From: a virus
Taxonomy: Duplodnaviria > Caudoviricetes
Virus record (IMG/VR): IMGVR_UViG_3300024243_000020
Coordinates: 1 to 57,545 of that record
Reading direction: 5' to 3' (one strand)
DNA length: 57,545 nt
This document shows positions 31,970-42,582 of this stretch, piece by piece. The notes under the pieces are model-generated. The model did not search any database. It was not told the origin of the DNA and worked only from the letters and a program-made list of their open reading frames with translations. The translations under genes were made by a program, and so were the position numbers. Every line of letters begins with the position of its first letter. Within the stretch, counting starts at the first letter, position 1.

Positions 31970-34111
31970 TTAAATTTTATATCCTCTTGCTCTTAATAAG
32001 TTTGTTCTTGAAATAAATTCAACTTTACATTTTGATCCATATCCTGAATTAGCAACTACGTTACCATTTTCATCGATATGCCCCATCCAAAATTCTGGTG
32101 AAGTTTCGTATCCTTCGAAAAGATTACCACCCTCAATCACACCAAATGGATTGAACGTTGCTACAACATAATACCATTCTGATAAATCAACTGGTATTCT
32201 TGTGTAATTAAACATATAGTCTGGATTTTGTTCTAATGCTGGTAAACTTCCAGCTGTAGTCAATCTTGGCATATCAGGTAATCCAAAATGTGAATCTAAT
32301 AAATTGCCATCAATATCTCGAACCACTAATCTAATAAATCTTTCATTATTTTTATTTTGAAATAAATCATCAATTGGTAATTCTAACTCAGATTCATCTC
32401 TACATGTTCCATCTTCAACATTAAGTAATAAATCATCTTTATTCACAGTATATGTTTCCAACATAAAGCCTTTTGGATTTAAATCACGTAGTGGATTTCC
32501 AAAATTCAATATTGTTCCTCGACCTGTTTTATCTTTAAATCTTATCCACGTTGTAAATGTAAATCCATTCACTAAATATGACGGTCCTACCAATCCATCA
32601 GTATTACACACTTCTTCTTCAAATTTATTGATATCAATATCTCTATTTCTAACAATAACAAATTGATTTAAGTCTCTAATCTTTAAATATCCATCAGTCT
32701 TATTTACGTATTCTGGGCGTGAATCATCAATGTTGACAATAGAGTCACCTATATCAGTTAAGTGTCCGTCTAGGGTACTCCTCAGCGATTCTAGGGTCAA
32801 TCCTGACTGATCTGTACCATCAGCATGTCTATCTAATCGAGTTATATTACCATCCAACTCATTTGCAACAACATCACTATCATCAGAAAACTCATCTTGG
32901 TTTTCTTGTATGTCACTTTCCCACGTATCATTTATTGAATCATCATTTGAATCAAATGTATAATCTGGTATGTCACCTTTCAATGCTGATATCTCAGCAA
33001 ACAAATTTATAATTCTTTGCTTTCTTGTTATCTGATTAGATGTTAATTCGTGAATATTAATATCTAATATGTTTCTAGCTTTGAATGGATCAATCACCGT
33101 TTTAGTTTTATCTACTTGTAGAAACTGACTAACATTTAACGGATTCACTATGCTATCATCAAATACACCATCCTGCCCAATAAATACACCTCGTGATTCA
33201 CCACCATCTATAGCTTGTAATCCCGTAATAATGTAATATGAATAATCTAATTTTCTAACTGCAAAGTGAACGTTTATATGATCTTTTATATCGTTTAAAC
33301 TGGTCCATCCTGAAAATGGCTCACCTGTTTCAATATCGATAAAGCCTTCTGTAATCATAGTTATTATATTCATATCTTCTGAACTAGCATCTATGTCTTT
33401 TTTATATAACACTAACGTATCAGTATTTTCAACTCCAGATTGTACTTTACCACCTTTAATTGTTTTTTGACTTGCTTTTAAATCTATCTCATAATTAATA
33501 CTATTATTATCAGCATCTATTCCAGTTCCACTAATTAATAATTCAGATATTTTATCAGCTATATATTCTTTTATTATATTTACTTTTGTTTTAGTTTCAT
33601 ATTCACATGTATTGTCATCAGCAGTGGCATTTAAATTATAATTCAACGCTTCAGAATCGGTACATCCAAACACATTATATACACACGCTCCACTATCTTG
33701 AGTAGCCCCTGGATTATAGTTCAACGCAGCTGAGTCTGTACATCCAATCTGCAAATCACACTCTAAGCCAACTATTTCTTCAGTATATAATCCAGTATAT
33801 GAAAATACAGCATCATTTAATGTTTTTAAACAATATGTTGTATTTAATTCAAGCTCTGTTAATGTACCAAACCACTGACCAAATAATGGTCCAGGATATT
33901 CCGAAAATAAAACAGCATCTTTTAGAATTGAATTTTCTATGAGACCTGGAATAGTATTGTTATTAAATACATCACCAATTCCACTGTTACCAATAAATGA
34001 TTGAAATCGAATCTCTCTCCAATTAATACAACTACCATCATCGTTCGTAGCTTCTGGATTATAATTTGTTGAATTTTCATTTGTACATCCTAATATTGTA
34101 AAATCACCCAT
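31970..34111 (-). CDS. Putative virion protein with GCTD repeats and LamG-like C-terminus
   Basis: Three GCT repeats; GFTFTTWIRF and WYYVVATFN strands; AGGAG upstream. Confidence 0.6.
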   Translation of the reverse strand: MGDFTILGCTNENSTNYNPEATNDDGSCINWREIRFQSFIGNSGIGDVFNNNTIPGLIENSILKDAVLFSEYPGPLFGQWFGTLTELELNTTYCLKTLNDAVFSYTGLYTEEIVGLECDLQIGCTDSAALNYNPGATQDSGACVYNVFGCTDSEALNYNLNATADDNTCEYETKTKVNIIKEYIADKISELLISGTGIDADNNSINYEIDLKASQKTIKGGKVQSGVENTDTLVLYKKDIDASSEDMNIITMITEGFIDIETGEPFSGWTSLNDIKDHINVHFAVRKLDYSYYIITGLQAIDGGESRGVFIGQDGVFDDSIVNPLNVSQFLQVDKTKTVIDPFKARNILDINIHELTSNQITRKQRIINLFAEISALKGDIPDYTFDSNDDSINDTWESDIQENQDEFSDDSDVVANELDGNITRLDRHADGTDQSGLTLESLRSTLDGHLTDIGDSIVNIDDSRPEYVNKTDGYLKIRDLNQFVIVRNRDIDINKFEEEVCNTDGLVGPSYLVNGFTFTTWIRFKDKTGRGTILNFGNPLRDLNPKGFMLETYTVNKDDLLLNVEDGTCRDESELELPIDDLFQNKNNERFIRLVVRDIDGNLLDSHFGLPDMPRLTTAGSLPALEQNPDYMFNYTRIPVDLSEWYYVVATFNPFGVIEGGNLFEGYETSPEFWMGHIDENGNVVANSGYGSKCKVEFISRTNLLRARGYKI

Positions 34112-34121
34112 TTAAAACTCC

Positions 34122-35246
34122 TTATTCCACAACATCAAATTCAAAATTCGAATCAAATATTTGCTGTTGCCCATTATCATATTTCAATTTATATAATATT
34201 TTATATTTTCTATTTGGGTATAATCCATTCATCCATTGAATGAAATAATTACTAGTTGAATCACAACTCAATTTAGTATAGCTATCTGAAAATGGTACAA
34301 CATTCTCACCCGTTGCAACATCTACGATTGAATATGATCCACTACCCTCTGGAATATATGAACCACTTATTGTATATATACTTCTAGAAAATGTTTTATT
34401 TACATATCTTTCACGAGTACCAATTCTAAATTTAACTTTATCAGTAGTTCTATATTTTGGTTGTAAATTCTTTGCATATATAATATTATCAGCTGATCCA
34501 GTAACATCAATTTGTAACAATGATCCAGTATTATCACCAGTACAAGCAACATGATCATCCCATCTCATTTCAAGTCTAGGTGAATATATTGTGTGTGTAT
34601 TTTTTGAAAAGAAATTCAATTTACCAAATGTTACATCATCTGTTTCTTGACTACCACTATACTTTAATAGTAATCCATAATTAGAAAATGTGCTATTTCG
34701 CCACCCATTAACCATACTAGTAATATCCATTTCAATGTCTGGAGACTCATATGAAAATGATTGAGATGATTCATAGCTTTGAGTTAAATTTAACGCTCCA
34801 CCTGGAGTATCCCACGCCGTATCCAATGTATATACATTATCACTGCTTGTTCTGTTTATCCAACTTACCTTTCGTTTTAAATTTGGTTCTTGCCCAAACT
34901 TTCCAATACCTTCATCCCATGATTGTGTAACTGGATTAGCTGTTAGTGTATATGCACTTGACATATCAGAATTTCCACTTGCTTCATATAATCGCAAAAA
35001 ATAACGTTGATTAGTTACAGCACTACCTGATAATGTGGTAGCATCTGTGACAGCATTATCTATTTCAGTTTTATCAAACTGAAGCAAAACTCGTGTTGGA
35101 TAATCAAATGCTTTATTCCAAAATACTTTTTTTAATTCTAATATTTCATCACCACCAAAGTTTTTTTCTTTTTCTGATTCACCAGTTATATGATTTGATC
35201 CACTTGAAATCCATGAATCTTTAGTTGGATACATTGCATATATCAT
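34122..35246 (-). CDS. DNRLRE-like domain virion protein
   Basis: KDSWI...NFGGDEIL...RVLLQFD...VTQSWDEG...DITSMV...NYGLLLK...PRLE pattern. Confidence 0.55.
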   Translation of the reverse strand: MIYAMYPTKDSWISSGSNHITGESEKEKNFGGDEILELKKVFWNKAFDYPTRVLLQFDKTEIDNAVTDATTLSGSAVTNQRYFLRLYEASGNSDMSSAYTLTANPVTQSWDEGIGKFGQEPNLKRKVSWINRTSSDNVYTLDTAWDTPGGALNLTQSYESSQSFSYESPDIEMDITSMVNGWRNSTFSNYGLLLKYSGSQETDDVTFGKLNFFSKNTHTIYSPRLEMRWDDHVACTGDNTGSLLQIDVTGSADNIIYAKNLQPKYRTTDKVKFRIGTRERYVNKTFSRSIYTISGSYIPEGSGSYSIVDVATGENVVPFSDSYTKLSCDSTSNYFIQWMNGLYPNRKYKILYKLKYDNGQQQIFDSNFEFDVVE

Positions 35247-37156
35247 TATCTAACCACCCCCTTTACATTTTCATTTGATTTTTTAAGTTCAAATGTTGAT
35301 GGTGTTATTGATGGTAAAATCACACCATTAATAGTTGCAGAATTAAAATCATATTGCCATCCATATCCAGCAGTTCCAGCACCACCACTTTGATTATTGA
35401 CATTATAATCAAATAAGCCATTACCAAATATTGGTGTGCCATCTGTGCTATTATAATCTACTTGTTGTGTGACTGTAACATAATTAACTGATCGAACACC
35501 ATCTATTCCAGCTAATTCATATTCTAAATCTTTTATATAAATTGGTTGATGGAATTGCATTTTACTAATATCAAAGAATTCTTTTATTTTATTAATACAT
35601 CTGATTTTAACATCTTTTTTATTTGCTGATCTATGTGAAGTTACATCAAACACCACACCAAAATTAACAACCTTACCATTTGTGATTGATATTTCATCAG
35701 TCAATATTCTAAACTCATTTAAATAATTAGATAAGTTATTAAATATCAAATCTGGAGTATTTGTTAATGCTTTATCTTTATCATATGATAAAGTATATAT
35801 TGCAATTATATGTGAATTATCCGTATCTCGATCTACTATTGTTTTCGCAATATTTCCAAATTTAGCAGGCATTCCCATTATCCGTGCTTCATAATCTTCT
35901 TTAGTCACACATCTATTTTGAGATGCAAAAAATGCTAATGAATTATGTCTTATACTTTCAATATCTTCAGAACCAGCTCCACCAACTGCTGGTGACACAT
36001 TTGTAACTGATATTGAATTATTACCAGAATCATTTGTTATTAAATCACCACTTGGAACATTACTTAAAATACCACCACCGATTCTATATGTCACAGTTAG
36101 TGTAGTAGATGATGGTGCTTCACCCAACGTCATTGATTTCTCATTTAATAATGGATCAATCGTATCATCATAAGAATCTGATTCACCAGGAATGACAATA
36201 CCAACTTGCTCCAATTGTATAAATCCATCATCGATTGATGTATCTGATGGTCTTAGTACACCATTACCAAATATTAAAGATGTATTATCATCATTGTCAA
36301 CCAATACAACAAATCGTTTTTTAGTTTTAACATATTCTAATGTATATGGGATTGGAACATTCACAACATTACCATCAGCATCTATATATGCATTTGCTCT
36401 ACTATAATCAACTGAATAGTGTTTTTCAACTGGTAATTTATCTTGTGCTAAATATTTAGTTTCTCTCCATGTATTATTTTGTGAATCAACTACTGATATA
36501 ATATCAATGACATTCGTATCAGCTAAAGTTATTTTATAAAATTTACTTGGTTGTCCAACTATAAATGTAGCCGTTTTAGTTTCACCAGAAATAGCTTTTA
36601 CCTTTCTCTCAAATGTAAATTGAGATACCACATTAGTATTTGCATCCCACGCAGATTGAACAGGAGCTACATCATTTGATGAACTCATTGTAAAATCCAC
36701 AACCTCAAGTGTTTCAAAAATAATTGAAGAATCTACTGTTGACGTTATTTTCATTCCTTTATCGATTGTTGTTGCTTGAGAATATGTTGGTACAATATTA
36801 TTCATATCCGTTGTATTAGAATCAATAGTTTGTTTAACAGTTAAATCAACATATGCTGGTGTTATTGGCTTATGTCTATAACCCAGCATAGTTGCAATAT
36901 TAATAACATTCTTCTTTTCTCTTGCAAGTGGTGCTAACATTTCTTTATATTGTTGATCTATATAAAATGATAATACGTCACCAACATATGCTGACATTTC
37001 CATTAGCATCATACCTGGTGATGAGTCATTAAAATCTTTATATGAATTTGGGAAATAGGATTTAGCATAATCAATTAATTTAGCTTTTAATCCAATAAAA
37101 TCCTTATTTATATAATCAACATTTGATTGTTTATATTCTCGTTCTGGACTTGGCAT
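35246..37156 (-). CDS. Baseplate wedge protein (T4 gp6 / baseplate J-like)
   Basis: DYINKDF...DFNDSSPGMMLMEMSAYVGDVLSFYID; YRIGGG; QNRCVTKEDYE. Confidence 0.88.
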   Translation of the reverse strand: MPSPEREYKQSNVDYINKDFIGLKAKLIDYAKSYFPNSYKDFNDSSPGMMLMEMSAYVGDVLSFYIDQQYKEMLAPLAREKKNVINIATMLGYRHKPITPAYVDLTVKQTIDSNTTDMNNIVPTYSQATTIDKGMKITSTVDSSIIFETLEVVDFTMSSSNDVAPVQSAWDANTNVVSQFTFERKVKAISGETKTATFIVGQPSKFYKITLADTNVIDIISVVDSQNNTWRETKYLAQDKLPVEKHYSVDYSRANAYIDADGNVVNVPIPYTLEYVKTKKRFVVLVDNDDNTSLIFGNGVLRPSDTSIDDGFIQLEQVGIVIPGESDSYDDTIDPLLNEKSMTLGEAPSSTTLTVTYRIGGGILSNVPSGDLITNDSGNNSISVTNVSPAVGGAGSEDIESIRHNSLAFFASQNRCVTKEDYEARIMGMPAKFGNIAKTIVDRDTDNSHIIAIYTLSYDKDKALTNTPDLIFNNLSNYLNEFRILTDEISITNGKVVNFGVVFDVTSHRSANKKDVKIRCINKIKEFFDISKMQFHQPIYIKDLEYELAGIDGVRSVNYVTVTQQVDYNSTDGTPIFGNGLFDYNVNNQSGGAGTAGYGWQYDFNSATINGVILPSITPSTFELKKSNENVKGVVR

Positions 37157-37168
37157 CTATGTTCTCCG

Positions 37169-37600
37169 TTACACAGTTACGTTAATTGAATTTAACGTAT
37201 TTGGGTCTTTATTTATTTTAAATTGCATTTCAATATTGAATACATTAGCATCATTATTCTTACCAACTACAATATTCAGTGATAATATGCTAACGAATGG
37301 TAGCCAAAACTTAATTGTGCTAGTCAATTCATCTCTAATGATCAATTGTAATTCATCTGTTATTTGTTCAAACAAGAAGCTATGTAAATTTGTACCAAAT
37401 GTTGGTCTATATAAACGTTCACCTTGATTTGTTCTCAATAAATTAGATATGTTATTTTTAACTGCATCAATTGTATTATCAGTAGATGCAAAATATCCTT
37501 CAACTCCAGTTGATTTTCTAAATGGTAAATCAATACCAATGAATACGTTGTCATCTCTATCATTTATATATGGTTTTTTTGTTAAATCAATTATAGCCAA
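37169..37600 (-). CDS. gp25/GPW-like baseplate protein
   Basis: NNISNLLRTNQGERLYRPTFGTNL; TTG start. Confidence 0.9.
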   Translation of the reverse strand: MAIIDLTKKPYINDRDDNVFIGIDLPFRKSTGVEGYFASTDNTIDAVKNNISNLLRTNQGERLYRPTFGTNLHSFLFEQITDELQLIIRDELTSTIKFWLPFVSILSLNIVVGKNNDANVFNIEMQFKINKDPNTLNSINVTV

Positions 37601-37602
37601 TT

Positions 37603-38067
37603 TTATTCTCCAACTACATTTTCTTTTAATAATTTCACTTTTGTATTACTTTCATTTGTCTCATTTGAGACTGAATTTCTTCCTATATAAGCATGTCCAG
37701 TTGATTTCAATGCACCACCCTGTCCACCTTTTTTATTTAATTTTAACTTATCAAGTTTAGCACCCTTTTTTCCAGTAGCTGGTATAATCGGACCACCACC
37801 AGCAGCCGTTGCTACCGTTGGTTGCACATCAGCAAACAATGGCGCTGTAGTTTTTATCTCTTCTACTTCCAATATGGCTTTCATTTCAGTAATTGTAAAC
37901 GTTTGTTTTGTTAAAAATTCAATAAATGCTTTCGACATATCTGATGATAGTGATTTAAAAACTTTACGTTGATCATCTGTCAACTCTCCTACTGCATTAT
38001 TAACAAATGCAGAATATATGTCATTACCTAGACCCAACTTTAAACTTTCGTTTTTGCTTAACAGCAT
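37603..38067 (-). CDS. Hypothetical virion protein (true start possibly TTG at 38037)
   Basis: ORF in baseplate module. Confidence 0.55.
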   Translation of the reverse strand: MLLSKNESLKLGLGNDIYSAFVNNAVGELTDDQRKVFKSLSSDMSKAFIEFLTKQTFTITEMKAILEVEEIKTTAPLFADVQPTVATAAGGGPIIPATGKKGAKLDKLKLNKKGGQGGALKSTGHAYIGRNSVSNETNESNTKVKLLKENVVGE

Positions 38068-38476
38068 CTAATACTGGTTTATGGTTTTTATAAATATTTT
38101 TCATTACCGCCTGAACCTCTGGTGATGCTTTTTGGAACTCAGCCACCTCATCAATAACTTGAACCTCACCATCTTTAAGTAGTGGCTCACCTATTGCCGA
38201 TTCGGCTGTTTCATTTAAAATTTTATTTAATACTGAATTTTTAGAAAACTCTTGTTGAATATATTTCACATCATCTTGTCGTGCTTGTGACGGTATATAT
38301 GGAACTTTGGGTTTTATTTTTTCTTGTATTATTGTAGGTTTTGTTTGTTCAAATAATGGAGTCTTTGTTGATGCCAATTCAATCTCTTCTCTAATTATTT
38401 TTCTCATTGTTGTTTCTGTAAGAGCTGATTGTTGCATTGCCTCTTTAATCAATTCTAATAATCTACGTACTTTCAT
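38024..38476 (-). CDS. Hypothetical protein
   Basis: ORF with AAAGGA upstream; IIREEI, LNKILNETA. Confidence 0.6.
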   Translation of the reverse strand: MKVRRLLELIKEAMQQSALTETTMRKIIREEIELASTKTPLFEQTKPTIIQEKIKPKVPYIPSQARQDDVKYIQQEFSKNSVLNKILNETAESAIGEPLLKDGEVQVIDEVAEFQKASPEVQAVMKNIYKNHKPVLDAVKQKRKFKVGSR

Positions 38477-38491
38477 ATTATGTCCTTTGTT

Positions 38492-39715
38492 TTAATTATT
38501 ACTTTCAATAAAATGTGATTTACTTAAAAATGGTGCTGTATCTTTTTTTATTTTATTCGATAATGTTTGTATTTTTGATAATGTGTTTGGATCAGGAGGT
38601 CCTGATAATCCAGCTACACATGCAGTCATCTTAACTGACTTTAAAATATCCAATATATCAATTAATACATCTGATAATGTATTTCCTAATACTATTGGTT
38701 CAGTTTGTTCAAGTGCCATCTCACCCAAATATATATTTTTAGAAGTTATATGAGCATTTCTATTTGATACTATTTTAACAGAATCACCAGCACCAATATA
38801 TACATTTGAAAATGCTGATACAAATAAATCACCTTTTGAATTTATCGTAATCTTATTTGAAGTCGCTAATATCTGGTTATCTGAATATTTATAATCATAT
38901 GCTTCACTTCCTATTAATCGATCTGAATCTTGTATAGTATCTGATGATATAATGAAGCTCTGCTTTACTATTGAACCATCTACAAGTTGACCATCAAATG
39001 GAAAATGATCAGCCAATGTGCCTTGATTAGTAATAGAGATTATACTACCATCAGTTGTACTCTCTATTATCGATCCAACACGCCTACCATTGGATATTAT
39101 AACATATGGTGAATTACTTCTACTTCCAACTCTAATACTGTTACCATGTCTACCTTCCAATAACATATCACCATGTATATCTCTATATGTAGCACTAACT
39201 GAATTAGGATCATCTAATTTATCATTATATATTTTTTGTATTCGTGCATAATCTTCAGCTTGAAAATTTTCAGAATGTTGTGTTGATGTTTGCTCTCCTA
39301 CTAATTCAGCAACGTTTGTTAATCCAATATCAGCTCTCATATAATCAACATTGAAATTGGGACTATTATCAGTATTTAATGGTCCTAAATAATAATTAAC
39401 ACCACCGAATGAACATAATAATACTTGATCACCTTTCATTGGAGTATCAACAATACCACGTAATAATGGATAATATTTAACATTACCACTTTGTAAATTT
39501 AAATCATTACCAATATATGGCTTTGCAACTATAGAATTAATATCACCTTTGTGTGAATAAATAGCTGATTGCATACTTGTTGCAACATCAACAACTCTAC
39601 CAGGAATGAACTGAATTAATTGAGTATTTTCATTGCTCGTATTAAATATAGATTTATTATCTAAATACTTACGTGCTGAAACTTCAGTAATGTGAAATGT
39701 TTTTTTCTTACTCAC
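38492..39715 (-). CDS. Baseplate hub / spike-like protein
   Basis: OB-fold-like N-terminus (YPLLRG..DTPMKGDQV), GDMLLEGRHGNSIRVGS, beta-repeat region, EPIVLGNTL. Confidence 0.6.
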   Translation of the reverse strand: MSKKKTFHITEVSARKYLDNKSIFNTSNENTQLIQFIPGRVVDVATSMQSAIYSHKGDINSIVAKPYIGNDLNLQSGNVKYYPLLRGIVDTPMKGDQVLLCSFGGVNYYLGPLNTDNSPNFNVDYMRADIGLTNVAELVGEQTSTQHSENFQAEDYARIQKIYNDKLDDPNSVSATYRDIHGDMLLEGRHGNSIRVGSRSNSPYVIISNGRRVGSIIESTTDGSIISITNQGTLADHFPFDGQLVDGSIVKQSFIISSDTIQDSDRLIGSEAYDYKYSDNQILATSNKITINSKGDLFVSAFSNVYIGAGDSVKIVSNRNAHITSKNIYLGEMALEQTEPIVLGNTLSDVLIDILDILKSVKMTACVAGLSGPPDPNTLSKIQTLSNKIKKDTAPFLSKSHFIESNN

Positions 39716-40131
39716 TAATTAGTTACCCTATCTGATTCAACAACTATTGTTGATAGTTTCTTTTCAACAACGCTTTCCACATTTCCATTCGTACCTGCAT
39801 CAATTTCTTCCATCAAATCCTCAATTTCACGCTGTGTTAGTGGACCATCATCTTCAGTTTTAGTTTTACTATTTAATCTCTGAATAACACTTGCCATTTT
39901 AACCAGCTGGTCATCATTTTTTATGGATGAATCATAAAATTCACGAATTATAGGACCCAACATTAATGCAGTATTTATACTATTATCACTATCAGTAATT
40001 ATCTTATTGAATGTATCTATAATTACAGTAATTTTTTTATTCTTACTTTTCGAATTGGTATAAATATCCTTAAACAAATCTTCTAATGTTTTTCCATCAT
40101 ATATTTTTATATCTTTATAATCATCTGACAT
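39715..40131 (-). CDS. Hypothetical protein
   Basis: LEDLFKDIY...IKNDDQLVKMASVIQR; AGGAG upstream. Confidence 0.65.
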   Translation of the reverse strand: MSDDYKDIKIYDGKTLEDLFKDIYTNSKSKNKKITVIIDTFNKIITDSDNSINTALMLGPIIREFYDSSIKNDDQLVKMASVIQRLNSKTKTEDDGPLTQREIEDLMEEIDAGTNGNVESVVEKKLSTIVVESDRVTN

Positions 40132-40184
40132 CTTTACTTACTCCTTGTATAATAATAAATATGTCGGTACTAACATTTATAGAT

Positions 40185-40216
40185 AAAAAAAAAGGACTGA
40201 AATCAGTCCTTTTTTT
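40185..40216. terminator. Intrinsic terminator (potentially bidirectional)
   Basis: A-tract-GGACTGA-AA-TCAGTCC-T-tract downstream of the sigma-like gene. Confidence 0.75.
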
Positions 40217-40243
40217 AGTTTTTTTAGTTTTTTTTAGTTTATA

Positions 40244-40900
40244 TTATGACATTCTCTTAGCCAATGATAAATATTTGTCCCTAAATATGTTTAGCACTGA
40301 TGCTATTCTATATGATTGGAATCCAGTCATTTCCCTAACCAATAAAAACATAGTCTTTTTATTATAATTTTCTATAGAGGTATTATCTCTCAACAAATAT
40401 ATAATAGAATGTGCTATTTCACGATCACTCTCCTTACTAAATATAATATGAATATTATCATCAAAATATTTAGTTAATTCGGTTATAATATCAATCGCCA
40501 ACTCATCTTCATCAGTGGCATATAATATTTCCATCATACTTTTATCTATATTAATATTCCGTTGCTTTATTCGATAATTTTTATTATTCTCAGCAATTAA
40601 ATAATATTTTGTAGCAACTGAAAAATAACTAAATGCTTTAAATCCACGAGTCCCATCAAACTTATGCAAATGTAACACCAAATGAGATATCGTTTCATTC
40701 TTCACACTTGTAAATGAATAATCAAAATACATAAATTTATACGTATTGAGAATATTTTCAACCATTTTATCAAATGCTGGATGTATTTTATTAGAGTATA
40801 TTCTACTTCTTTGATTGAAACACGTACACTTATTATATTCAACTATAGCATCTTCAACAGTTTGATCAAAATAATATGATTTATTTCTCTTTTTTGCCAC
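40244..40900 (-). CDS. Phage sigma factor (T4 gp55-like)
   Basis: LHKFDGTRGFKAFSYFS matches sigma region 2 of gp55-like factors. Confidence 0.65.
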   Translation of the reverse strand: MAKKRNKSYYFDQTVEDAIVEYNKCTCFNQRSRIYSNKIHPAFDKMVENILNTYKFMYFDYSFTSVKNETISHLVLHLHKFDGTRGFKAFSYFSVATKYYLIAENNKNYRIKQRNINIDKSMMEILYATDEDELAIDIITELTKYFDDNIHIIFSKESDREIAHSIIYLLRDNTSIENYNKKTMFLLVREMTGFQSYRIASVLNIFRDKYLSLAKRMS

Positions 40901-41198
40901 TCATATCTCCCATTAAATCGTATTCTCCATCTTCACCCTCGATTGATATAACAAACGACGAATCTAGCGTATTCTGAACCGTTTTAAGTGTATTAAAAAA
41001 GTATCCAACTTCATCATCAGCTTCAAATGATCCAGTGTCATCTAATTCCTTCAATGCTGAATGTGAAGTTTTAACGACATGATATAATTTTGAATAAATA
41101 TCATTATACACTTCAATTCTACTGGTAGCTCTATTTACACCAACCAATAATATGATATTAAAACTTACAGATAATATTAAAATTATTTCAATAATCAT
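40881..41198 (-). CDS. Membrane-anchored hypothetical protein
   Basis: N-terminal hydrophobic helix; GSFEADDEVGYFF. Confidence 0.6.
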   Translation of the reverse strand: MIIEIILILSVSFNIILLVGVNRATSRIEVYNDIYSKLYHVVKTSHSALKELDDTGSFEADDEVGYFFNTLKTVQNTLDSSFVISIEGEDGEYDLMGDMSGKKEK

Positions 41199-41809
41199 TT
41201 AGAATTCCTCTTGGATATGAAAATCGATATTATGTTACTAACAAACGATACCACTGCTAATGAGTTTTTATCCATACACTTATATATTTTATTAACATCA
41301 GTTGAATTACACAATGATATAGCTTCCCACGCATCTTCAGATAATTTAATATTAAATAAATTATTTAAGATAAACAATGAACGATCTGTTATTTCATATC
41401 CAAATGATACATCCTCATTAATTTTATACCCCTTACCATATTTTTGTTTAACCCAAACATCATCTTCAACTTGATAGTATTCATTATTCAAATCACCGAT
41501 TTTTCCAATATTATGAAATAAACACACCAACATCAAATCTGAGTTACTATATGTTACTTTCACATTAAAGAATTTTAAAATAGATGTTAATTTCATTGCA
41601 ACTTTAGCAGTCAACATCATATGACTTAACAATCCACCTGGTCTACTATTATAAAACTCTGTTTTAATAGAGGCTGGTGCTTCAACTAATCGTTGATCAA
41701 AATGTGCTATCATTGCTTTTATACTAATTAATTGATCACCCTCAAACATACTATCAATTGCGTTGATTAATGATTTATATTCTTCGATAATTTCCTCTGG
41801 CTTTACCAT
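41195..41809 (-). CDS. HD-domain protein, degenerate
   Basis: APAS...GGLLSH...LFHNIGKIG (HD replaced by HN). Confidence 0.65.
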   Translation of the reverse strand: MVKPEEIIEEYKSLINAIDSMFEGDQLISIKAMIAHFDQRLVEAPASIKTEFYNSRPGGLLSHMMLTAKVAMKLTSILKFFNVKVTYSNSDLMLVCLFHNIGKIGDLNNEYYQVEDDVWVKQKYGKGYKINEDVSFGYEITDRSLFILNNLFNIKLSEDAWEAISLCNSTDVNKIYKCMDKNSLAVVSFVSNIISIFISKRNSK

Positions 41810-41856
41810 AACTTATTCCTTTTTTTTTGATTAAAACTGTTGATTAAATTTATATA

Positions 41857-42099
41857 TTATAACTCTTTTAATTGTTCGATATGCGAATCTGAGTTTTTCT
41901 TTTCTTGTAGGGTTATACCATCATATTTTCGATTGGAGCTACACATAGAACAAGAACATGAACATAATCTATCGCTAAAATAACTAGCAAAAGATGCCAT
42001 ACCCTCTTCGAATGTTTCATCATCGACATGTTGCCAGTTGTTCCAATTACCTCGATTATTCCAAACATCTTTAAAAAGATGTTTAGCTTTGGCTTTCAT
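41857..42099 (-). CDS. Hypothetical protein with CSCSMC motif (may start at ATA 42144)
   Basis: ORF; frame extends upstream to ATA preceded by AGGA. Confidence 0.55.
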   Translation of the reverse strand: MKAKAKHLFKDVWNNRGNWNNWQHVDDETFEEGMASFASYFSDRLCSCSCSMCSSNRKYDGITLQEKKNSDSHIEQLKEL

Positions 42100-42202
42100 C
42101 CGTCTACTATGAAATCTACGTAATGCACGTTTAGGTTTGCTTATAATTATATCCTACTTTTTTATACTAATATTGTGATGATTTTTTATCATCACGTTTA
42201 AT

Positions 42203-42572
42203 TGGTGGAGGTGGGGGTATCGAAACCCCGTCCTGAATACTCTACATATATAGTCGTTCACAAGTTTTGATTATTTTTTTTTGCAACCTATGCGAAAAAA
42301 TTTAACTAAAAAAACGCATTTTTTTTAATGTTGTTGTACATCCAAAATAATAAAACAAACAATCCATTATATTTCGCCAAATGAACATGGCTATCAGATT
42401 AATGTCCCTTAATGCATATCTGAGTCAAACATTAAGAGTGCTGTTTATACGTATTACTACGCTACAGCGTGATAGTTATAATCGTTTCCAATTACTTTTG
42501 TTGTGATTGTTAAGTCAATCAATCTACTTGCACTACATATTTCAAAAATCCAGTCGAAACCAAGTCACCCCC
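42203..42572 (-). ncRNA. ssrA: tmRNA, tag peptide (A)GNDYNYHAVA
   Basis: 5' GGGGGTGA...TTCGAC; 3' GGACGGGGTTTCGATACCCCCACCTCCACCA; G3-U70 pair; tag ORF 42457..42489 followed by tandem stops. Confidence 0.93.
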
Positions 42573-42582
42573 AATTATTTTT

